From Candidatus Omnitrophota bacterium (GTDB lineage: Bacteria > Omnitrophota > Gorgyraeia > Gygaellales > JAHJCI01), in NCBI GenBank assembly GCA_016783355.1, contig JADHWR010000002.1, forward strand, positions 1 to 40,436: a stretch of DNA of 40,436 nucleotides. Direction: 5' to 3'. A model generated the notes under the pieces. That model worked only from the letters and a program-made list of their open reading frames with translations. It was not told the DNA's origin and did no database searches. The position numbers were made by a program, and so were the translations under genes. Below, piece by piece: positions 33,813 to 40,436 of the stretch; the first letter of the stretch is position 1, and every line of letters starts with the position of its first letter.

Positions 33813-35465
33813 ATGCGTTCAGATAGGGCAAAGAAGGGTTTGGAAAGGATGCCTAACCGAGCCCTTCTTTATGGAACAGGCATATCACCTTCTCATATGA
33901 AGAGGCCGTTTATTGGCATTGCCTCTTCATTTACAGATTTAATCCCCGGCCATATTGGTATGCGTGATTTAGAAAGATATATCGAGAGGGGGATAGAGAA
34001 CGCCGGTGGATGTCCTTTTGTCTTTGGGGTTTGCGGAATCTGTGATGGGATTGCCATGGGTCATTCTGGAATGAGGTATTCTTTGCCTTCAAGGGAGTTG
34101 ATTGCGGATATTATTGAGACAATGGTCAATGCCCATGCCTTAGACGGAGTTGTTTTATTGACGGATTGCGATAAGATTACTCCCGGTATGATTATGGGGG
34201 CATTGCGGGTAAACATTCCGGCAATTGTCGTCACAGCAGGTCCGATGCTTGCCGGTCATCTAGGAAGAAAAAGGCTTTCTTTGGTCAGAGATACATTTGA
34301 GGCTGTCGGGCGTTTTAAGAAAAAAGAGATTACAGAAAAAGAAAGATCTATTTTGGAAATCGAGGCATGTCCTGGGGCTGGTTCTTGTCAGGGAATGTAT
34401 ACGGCAAATACGATGTCCTGCCTTACTGAGGCAATGGGGTTTTCTCTGCCTTTTTGTGCAGCAACGCCCGCTGTACTTAACAAAAAAAAGAGGATTGCTT
34501 ATCAGAGTGGCCAGAGGATAATGGATTTGGTAAAAAGAGATATCAGGCCGCGTGATATAGTAAATAAAAGGTCATTGGAAAATGCTGTTCGTGTTGATAT
34601 GGCTTTGGGTGGTTCAACCAATACAGTTTTACATTTGATTGCCATTGCCTCTGAGGCAAAGACCCTCCTTGATTTAAGGGACTTTGACCGCATCAGTAAG
34701 ACAACATCCCATATTGTTAATCTTCGTCCAGCAGGTGAATACTTTATGGAGGATTTAGATTATGCCGGAGGGATTCCTGCAGTTTTAAAGAGATTACTTC
34801 CTAAATTAAACGAGAATGTGTGTGTTTCGGCAAAAACGATTAAGGAGATTGCCAGGGAAGCACAGATTCTTGATCAGGAGATAATCAGGCCGCAAAAGCA
34901 AGCCTATCATAAAGAGGGAGGCATTGCTGTTCTCTATGGGAATTTAGCGCCTTTTGGGGCTGTGGTCAAGCAGTCAGCTGTTGATGAGGATATGTTAAAA
35001 TTTACCGGTAAAGCCCAGGTGTTTAATTCTGAAGAGGAGGCAATGAAAGGCATTATGCAGGGCCGGGTTAAAAAAGGGAATGTTCTCGTCATAAGGTATG
35101 AGGGGCCAGGCGGTGGCCCTGGGATGAGAGAGATGCTTTCTCCAACTTCAGCTATTGTGGGTATGGGTTTACACAAATCCGTTGCCTTAATTACCGACGG
35201 AAGATTTTCTGGTGGAACAAGGGGTCCTTGTATCGGTCATATTTGCCCTGAGGCGCAAAAAGCAGGACCTATTGCGATTATTCAAAATGGTGATAAGATT
35301 AAGATAGATATACCAAAGCGTAGATTAGAGCTATTGCTTTCGGAGAGAGAAATTAAAGAGCGCAAAAGTTTGTTTAAGCCACCGAATCTGAAGGTGTCTT
35401 CCGGGTATTTAGCTCGCTATGCAGGGATAGTAGGCTCTGCTGATAAGGGGGCAGTGTTGATATGA
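33813..35465 (+). CDS. ilvD: Dihydroxy-acid dehydratase
   Basis: 550 aa. [19 protein letters not shown] and GRFSGGTRG. An AGGAGG RBS lies upstream. Confidence 0.93.
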   Translation: MRSDRAKKGLERMPNRALLYGTGISPSHMKRPFIGIASSFTDLIPGHIGMRDLERYIERGIENAGGCPFVFGVCGICDGIAMGHSGMRYSLPSRELIADIIETMVNAHALDGVVLLTDCDKITPGMIMGALRVNIPAIVVTAGPMLAGHLGRKRLSLVRDTFEAVGRFKKKEITEKERSILEIEACPGAGSCQGMYTANTMSCLTEAMGFSLPFCAATPAVLNKKKRIAYQSGQRIMDLVKRDIRPRDIVNKRSLENAVRVDMALGGSTNTVLHLIAIASEAKTLLDLRDFDRISKTTSHIVNLRPAGEYFMEDLDYAGGIPAVLKRLLPKLNENVCVSAKTIKEIAREAQILDQEIIRPQKQAYHKEGGIAVLYGNLAPFGAVVKQSAVDEDMLKFTGKAQVFNSEEEAMKGIMQGRVKKGNVLVIRYEGPGGGPGMREMLSPTSAIVGMGLHKSVALITDGRFSGGTRGPCIGHICPEAQKAGPIAIIQNGDKIKIDIPKRRLELLLSEREIKERKSLFKPPNLKVSSGYLARYAGIVGSADKGAVLI

Positions 35466-37141
35466 CGGGTGCACAGATTTTAATTGAGTGTTTAAGGCGT
35501 GAGGGTGTTGAGGTAATATTTGGATATCCGGGGGGAGCGGTTCTTCCTATATTCGACCAGCTCTACGAAGCTCCGATTCGGTTTATCTTAGCACGTCATG
35601 AGCAGGCAGCTGCTCATGCTGCTGATGGATATGCGCGAGCAACAGGAAAAACAGGCGTTTGTATTGCTACAAGTGGTCCTGGAGCAACAAACTTAACTAC
35701 AGGAATTGCCACTGCTTATATGGACTCAGTTGCCATTGTTGCGATAACTGGTCAGGTAAAGACAAATCTTATTGGTAATGATGCATTCCAGGAAGCAGAT
35801 GTGGTGGGAATTACACGGCCAATTACCAAGTACAACTTTTTGGTAAAGGATGCTCGGGATTTGGCAAGAGTTATACGTGAGGCTTTCCATATTGCTTCAA
35901 CAGGAAGACCAGGTCCGGTTCTGATTGACTTTCCTTCTGATGTGCAAACACAGGAAACTCAATTTATCTGGCCGGAAAGGATAGAGATAAGGGGCTACAA
36001 ACCTACCTATTTCGGTCATCCTGGTCAGATTAAAAAGGCACTGCATCTGATTACTCAGTCAGAGAAACCCGTAATTTATGCTGGTGGAGGAGTAATTAGT
36101 TCAGGAGCGAGTGAGGAAGTGAAGGAACTGGCAGAGAGACTCCAAATACCAGTAACGATGACCTTAATGGGCCTGGGCAGTTTTCCCGGCGAGCATACTT
36201 TAAGTTTGGGGATGCTCGGGATGCACGGAACAGTTTATGCAAACCATGCTGTGACAGGTTCTGATTTAATGATTGCCATTGGCGCCCGTTTTGATGACCG
36301 GGTTACTGGCCGGCTTGACTCTTTTGCTCCCGATGCCAAAATTATTCATATTGATATTGACCCCGCCTCAATTAGTAAAAATGTAAAGGTTGATGTGCCG
36401 ATTGTGGGAGATGTGAAAAATGTTTTAGAGCAGTTACTTGAGGAAATAGAGCTAAAGCATAATCAACTACCCAATACAAAAGCGTGGCTGAAGACAATTA
36501 GAGACTGGAAGAGGAAGTATCCGCTTTTCTATAAAAAAGATGATGCGGGTCTCAGGCCCCAATATATTATTGAGCAGATTTACGAACTAACAAAGGCAGA
36601 GGCAATAATCACCACAGAGGTTGGCCAGAATCAGATGTGGGCAGCGCAGTGGTATAAGTATAAGGATGCGCATACCTTTATCTCCAGCGGTGGTTTAGGC
36701 ACAATGGGCTTTGGATTTCCTGCCGCAATTGGCGCAAAGGTGGCTTGTCCTGACAAAGAGGTTTTTGATATTGCGGGCGATGGCTCAATCCAGATGAATA
36801 TTCAGGAACTGGCAACAGCAGTGGAACAAAAGATTTATGTTAAGATTGCGATTCTTAATAATTCTTATTTAGGAATGGTAAGACAGTGGCAGGAGTTATT
36901 TTATAAGAAGCGCTATTCATATACACATATTACTAGTCCTGATTTTGTGAAATTAGCCCAGGCTTATGGTGCAGTAGGCATTCGCGTAAGCAAGAAAGAT
37001 GAGGTGCGGCCTGCTATTGAGAGGGCGATCAAGACTGACAATGTCGTTATGATTGATTTTCGAATTGAGCCTGAGGAGAATGTGTTTCCGATGGTCCCTG
37101 CAGGTGAGGCGATTAATAGAATGATTGGAGGCATGGCTTAA
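35462..37141 (+). CDS. ilvB: Acetolactate synthase large subunit
   Basis: 559 aa. [12 protein letters not shown] and the TPP motif [16 protein letters not shown]...[12 protein letters not shown]. Confidence 0.92.
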   Translation: MTGAQILIECLRREGVEVIFGYPGGAVLPIFDQLYEAPIRFILARHEQAAAHAADGYARATGKTGVCIATSGPGATNLTTGIATAYMDSVAIVAITGQVKTNLIGNDAFQEADVVGITRPITKYNFLVKDARDLARVIREAFHIASTGRPGPVLIDFPSDVQTQETQFIWPERIEIRGYKPTYFGHPGQIKKALHLITQSEKPVIYAGGGVISSGASEEVKELAERLQIPVTMTLMGLGSFPGEHTLSLGMLGMHGTVYANHAVTGSDLMIAIGARFDDRVTGRLDSFAPDAKIIHIDIDPASISKNVKVDVPIVGDVKNVLEQLLEEIELKHNQLPNTKAWLKTIRDWKRKYPLFYKKDDAGLRPQYIIEQIYELTKAEAIITTEVGQNQMWAAQWYKYKDAHTFISSGGLGTMGFGFPAAIGAKVACPDKEVFDIAGDGSIQMNIQELATAVEQKIYVKIAILNNSYLGMVRQWQELFYKKRYSYTHITSPDFVKLAQAYGAVGIRVSKKDEVRPAIERAIKTDNVVMIDFRIEPEENVFPMVPAGEAINRMIGGMA

Positions 37142-37612
37142 ATGAGGCATACAATTTCAATTCTCGTTGAGAATAAGCCGGGTGTTTTAGCAAGAATAGC
37201 CGGGCTTTTTAGTGCACGAGGCTATAATATTAGCTCTTTGGCTGTTGGTGAGACGCAAGACCCGGAAATCTCCCGGATGACGCTCGTTGTTGAGGCGAAG
37301 GATGAGCGCATCTTAGAGCAGATTATAAAACAATTGCGTAAACTCATTGATACAATTACCGTCGCTGACTTTACAAAAAAGGATTTTGTTGGCCGGGAGT
37401 TGGCTTTGGTTAAGATTGATTATAAAAGAGAGAATCAACGAAAGATTTCCTCTTTCCTTGATAAATATTCAGTAAAATTACTTAAACGCAAAGAGGATAA
37501 GGCAATTATTGAAATTTGTGCCAACCCGGATAAGGTAAAGGAGTTTTTGAAGGATGTAAGAGCCTTTGGTGTTGTTGAGTTGATGCGCACAGGAAGGGTG
37601 GCGATGCTGTAA
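37142..37612 (+). CDS. ilvN: Acetolactate synthase small (regulatory) subunit
   Basis: 156 aa. ACT domain HTISILVENKPGVLARIAGLFSARGYNI. Confidence 0.9.
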   Translation: MRHTISILVENKPGVLARIAGLFSARGYNISSLAVGETQDPEISRMTLVVEAKDERILEQIIKQLRKLIDTITVADFTKKDFVGRELALVKIDYKRENQRKISSFLDKYSVKLLKRKEDKAIIEICANPDKVKEFLKDVRAFGVVELMRTGRVAML

Positions 37613-37624
37613 AGGGAGAAAACG

Positions 37625-38620
37625 ATGGCAAGGATATATTACGATAAAGATGCAGACCTAAATTTATTGAAAGAAAAAAAAGTTGCCATTATTGGCTATG
37701 GGATTCAAGGCCGAGGCCAGAGTTTATGTTTAAGAGATAGTGGTATAAATGTAATTGTTTCTGAATTAGAGGGAACAGTAAATTACGAACTGGCCAAAAA
37801 GGATGGGTTTAGTCCTCTTTCGGCAAAAGAGGCAAGTGCAGCTGCCGATATAATTCAGATTCTCACCGAGGACCATGTTCAAAAAAGGGTTTATAAAGAG
37901 GCAATCGAGTCAAATCTAAAAGAGGGTAAAGCACTTTGTTTTTCACACGGATTTAATATCCGCTTTAAACAGATAATTCCACCGAAGGAAGTGGATGTTT
38001 TTATGATTGCGCCGAAAGGTCCGGGTGCGCTGGTGAGAAAGATGTTTGAAGAAGGAAAGGGCGTGCCTTGTTTGGTTGCTGTGTATCAGGATGCCAGCGG
38101 AATGGCTTTAAAACTTGCTTTATCTTATGCCAAGGCACTCAAAGCAACTACTGCCGGCGTGATCGAGACTACCTTTCAGGAGGAAACAGAAACAGATTTG
38201 TTTGGTGAACAGACCGTTCTCTGCGGCGGTGTAACCGAATTGATTATGGCGGGGTTTGATACATTGACTAATGCCGGTTATCAGCCAGAGATTGCTTATT
38301 TTGAGGTTCTTCATGAGTTGAAACTTATTACTGACCTGATTCAAGAGAAGGGTATAAGTGGTATGCGCCGATGCGTCTCTAATACTGCTTGCTATGGAGA
38401 TTTGACACGAGGTAAGAAGATTATTACCAAGCAGACACGCCGGCAGATGAGAAAGATTTTAAAAGATATACGGAGTGCTAAATTTGCTCGTGAGTGGATT
38501 TCTGAGAACGAAAAAGGAAGACCAAATTTTAATAAGCTCCTCAGAGAGGCAGATAACCATTTGATTGAAAAGGTAGGTAAAGAACTGCGGCAGATGATGC
38601 CCTGGATGAGAAAAGCGTAA
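37625..38620 (+). CDS. ilvC: Ketol-acid reductoisomerase
   Basis: 331 aa. [19 protein letters not shown] and [12 protein letters not shown]. The stop codon lies inside repeat copy B. Confidence 0.93.
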   Translation: MARIYYDKDADLNLLKEKKVAIIGYGIQGRGQSLCLRDSGINVIVSELEGTVNYELAKKDGFSPLSAKEASAAADIIQILTEDHVQKRVYKEAIESNLKEGKALCFSHGFNIRFKQIIPPKEVDVFMIAPKGPGALVRKMFEEGKGVPCLVAVYQDASGMALKLALSYAKALKATTAGVIETTFQEETETDLFGEQTVLCGGVTELIMAGFDTLTNAGYQPEIAYFEVLHELKLITDLIQEKGISGMRRCVSNTACYGDLTRGKKIITKQTRRQMRKILKDIRSAKFAREWISENEKGRPNFNKLLREADNHLIEKVGKELRQMMPWMRKA

Positions 38621-38716
38621 AGCGTAAAGCGAAAAGCGTAAAACTAATGTCTAAAGTTCAAAGTTTTTTTAAGAAAGTTTTGAATTTTTAGTTTCAGTTT
38701 TGCGCTTTGCGCCTTA
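38611..38716. repeat. Heptad-periodic intergenic element, copy B (ilvC-leuA spacer), inverted relative to copy A
   Basis: Hand alignment to the reverse complement of 33684-33800 gives perfect blocks of 45 nt (38625-38669 with 33742-33786), 13 nt and 24 nt. These are separated by one 1-nt indel and one mismatch. The heptad copy number differs at both ends. Confidence 0.9.
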
Positions 38717-38733
38717 AGTTTTTAGTTATAGGT

Positions 38734-40242
38734 ATGAATAAGATTATTATCTTCGATACAACATTAAGGGACGGAGAGCAAGCTCCTGGCGCATCCTTGA
38801 ATATCAAAGAAAAATTAAATATTGCCAAGGCTTTATCGCAGTTCGGGGTAGATGTAATTGAAGCAGGGTTTCCTATTTCCAGCCCCGGTGATTTTGAGGC
38901 AGTGAAGGCAGTTGCCAAGTCGATCAAGGGCTCGTCTGTCTGTGGTTTGGCGCGTGCAGTAAAGAAGGATATCGATGTTGCCTGGGGCGCACTTAAATTT
39001 GCCCGCAGGGGCCGTATTCATGTATTTCTGGCTACTTCCAAGATTCATATGAAATATAAATTGCAGAAACATGAAGATGAGGTCTTGAAATTAGCGAGGG
39101 ATGCGGTTAAGTATGCGCGCAACCTCTGTGAAGATGTTGAGTTTTCACCAGAAGATGCCTCACGCACAGTTCCTGAATTTCTTCTGCGCGTAATAGAATC
39201 AGTGATTAATGCTGGTGCGACAACAGTAAATATTCCTGACACAGTAGGCTATGCACAGCCTCTGGAATTTGGAGAACTTATTTCGCAGATTTGCAATAAA
39301 GTTCCCAACATTAACAAGGCAGTTATTTCTGTTCATTGTCATAATGATTTGGGTCTGGCTGTGGCAAATTCCCTCGCCGCGATTAAGAATGGGGCACGAC
39401 AGATAGAATGCACGATAAATGGTATCGGTGAACGCGCCGGCAACGCTGCTTTAGAGGAAATTGTGATGGCAATCAGAACAAGAGGAGATTTTTTTAAAGA
39501 TGTTAACGTAGATATCAAGACTAATCAAATTTGTAAGCTCTCGCGCCTTGTCAGCAACCTTACGAGTTTTCTTGTTGCGCCGAATAAGGCAATTGTTGGT
39601 TCTAATGCCTTTCGTCATGAAGCAGGTATTCATCAGGATGGAATTTTAAAAAAGCGCTCAACCTATGAGATTATGTCTGCGCAAGATGTAGGTTTTAATA
39701 AAACAGAACTTGTTTTGGGCAAACACTCAGGAAGACACGCATTTTCTCAGAGATTAAAGGAATTAGGATTTCATCTTAAGTCCAAAGAAATTGAGGAGGC
39801 CTTTTCAGAATTTAAGCGCTTAAGTGATAAAAAGAAACAAATCTTTGACGAAGACCTGCTTGCCCTTATTCGGGAAAGGTTTCATAAGGAGAGTAAGCCA
39901 ATTTGGCAATTAAGGGATTTCCGGATTATCTCGGGAACGGCTCTTTCGCCTCAGGCAGAGATTACTTTAAGGCATAAAGGCAAAAAATTTAAGGCTGATG
40001 CTTATGGTGACGGTCCAATAGATGCCTGTTTTAAGGCCATTGATAAGATTACGGGCATAAAGATAAAACTTTTGGATTATCGCTTAGAGTCTTTAACTTC
40101 AGGTAAAGATGCTCAAGGCAGTGCCAATCTGCGATTCTCTGCACAGGGTAAGGAATTTACTGGCCGCGGCTCAAGTACGGATATAATCGAAGCATCCATA
40201 CGTGCCTATCTTTCAGCAATAAACAGAGTTGCCTCAATATGA
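38734..40242 (+). CDS. leuA: 2-isopropylmalate synthase
   Basis: I place the start at ATG 38734 (MNKIIIFDTTLRDGEQ); the track start TTG 38707 lies in the repeat. HCHNDLGLAVANSLAA is present, along with a C-terminal LeuA regulatory domain. Confidence 0.9.
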   Translation: MNKIIIFDTTLRDGEQAPGASLNIKEKLNIAKALSQFGVDVIEAGFPISSPGDFEAVKAVAKSIKGSSVCGLARAVKKDIDVAWGALKFARRGRIHVFLATSKIHMKYKLQKHEDEVLKLARDAVKYARNLCEDVEFSPEDASRTVPEFLLRVIESVINAGATTVNIPDTVGYAQPLEFGELISQICNKVPNINKAVISVHCHNDLGLAVANSLAAIKNGARQIECTINGIGERAGNAALEEIVMAIRTRGDFFKDVNVDIKTNQICKLSRLVSNLTSFLVAPNKAIVGSNAFRHEAGIHQDGILKKRSTYEIMSAQDVGFNKTELVLGKHSGRHAFSQRLKELGFHLKSKEIEEAFSEFKRLSDKKKQIFDEDLLALIRERFHKESKPIWQLRDFRIISGTALSPQAEITLRHKGKKFKADAYGDGPIDACFKAIDKITGIKIKLLDYRLESLTSGKDAQGSANLRFSAQGKEFTGRGSSTDIIEASIRAYLSAINRVASI

Positions 40243-40436
40243 AAATCTTCGGCTTAATCGGTTTTCCTCTTTCCCATAGCCTTTCGCCACAGATACATAA
40301 TGCTGCATTTTCTGCCTTAGGGCTTGATGCTCAATACAAACTTTTCCCCTTAAAAGAAAATGAATTGGGTGATTTTCTGAAAACTCTAAGAGACAAGAAG
40401 ATTTATGGTTTAAATGTAACTATTCCTTATAAAGAG
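40239..40436 (+). CDS. aroE: Shikimate dehydrogenase, N-terminal fragment (runs off the window)
   Basis: 66 codons: MKIFGLIGFPLSHSLSPQIHNAAFSALGLDAQYKLF...GLNVTIPYKE, a canonical AroE N-terminus. ATGA overlap with the leuA stop. Confidence 0.85.
   Translation, partial: MKIFGLIGFPLSHSLSPQIHNAAFSALGLDAQYKLFPLKENELGDFLKTLRDKKIYGLNVTIPYKE

Noticed and set aside
33682-38716. Calling the IR-flanked ilv segment a composite transposon or invertible switch
   Set aside because: No transposase, invertase or target-site duplication is visible, and the interior is purely ilvDBNC. It is reported only as an observation with hypotheses, not as a mobile element.
38707-38733. TTG-initiated extension of leuA (MRLKFLVIG)
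   Set aside because: It lies inside repeat copy B. The conserved LeuA N-terminus MNKIIIFDTTLRDGEQ starts at ATG 38734.

Overview
All credible genes in this 40.4 kb window (about 39) are on the + strand. Many are translationally coupled, with ATGA or TAATG stop/start overlaps. The content is housekeeping and cell-envelope biology of a diderm, LPS-making, AT-rich bacterium; I cannot assign a taxon from sequence alone.

Gene order: xerC-like recombinase; Kdo/lipid A genes (waaA, lpxK, an LpxL-like acyltransferase fused to an ELM1/DUF1022-like domain); an LPS-core block (GT4-GT9 fusion, GT4, NodB deacetylase, GT9, GT9-GT9 fusion, hldD, heptose kinase); kdsB-kdsA-kdsD-kdsC-lptC/A-lptB; a PPIase-less trigger-factor paralog; ptsN; a membrane-anchored YvcK-like protein; GH57; HPr; EI; cupin PGI; a sugar nucleotidyltransferase; metK; ahcY; pfkA; fba; ilvD-ilvB-ilvN-ilvC; leuA; and the start of aroE.

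I see no defence island, CRISPR array, transposase, rRNA or tRNA.

Features not explained by ordinary annotation:
1. A 406-aa LAGLIDADG intein splits the GAGDQG motif of MetK.
2. Short-period tandem repeats (7 nt, locally 8 nt) build about 110-120 bp intergenic elements and also sit in frame inside lpxK, the GT9-GT9 linker, GH57 and ahcY. A perfect palindrome sits in frame in xerC.
3. Two copies of one such element, in inverted orientation, bracket ilvDBNC exactly. A third locus shares a 31-nt end that supplies a stop codon.
4. A GC-rich, hairpin-dense, ORF-free 436-nt region lies between two LPS genes. I could not assign it to any RNA class.
5. A roughly 130-nt nested-helix element lies between hldD and the heptose kinase.
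6. There are several unusual domain fusions or losses in LPS and PTS-linked genes.
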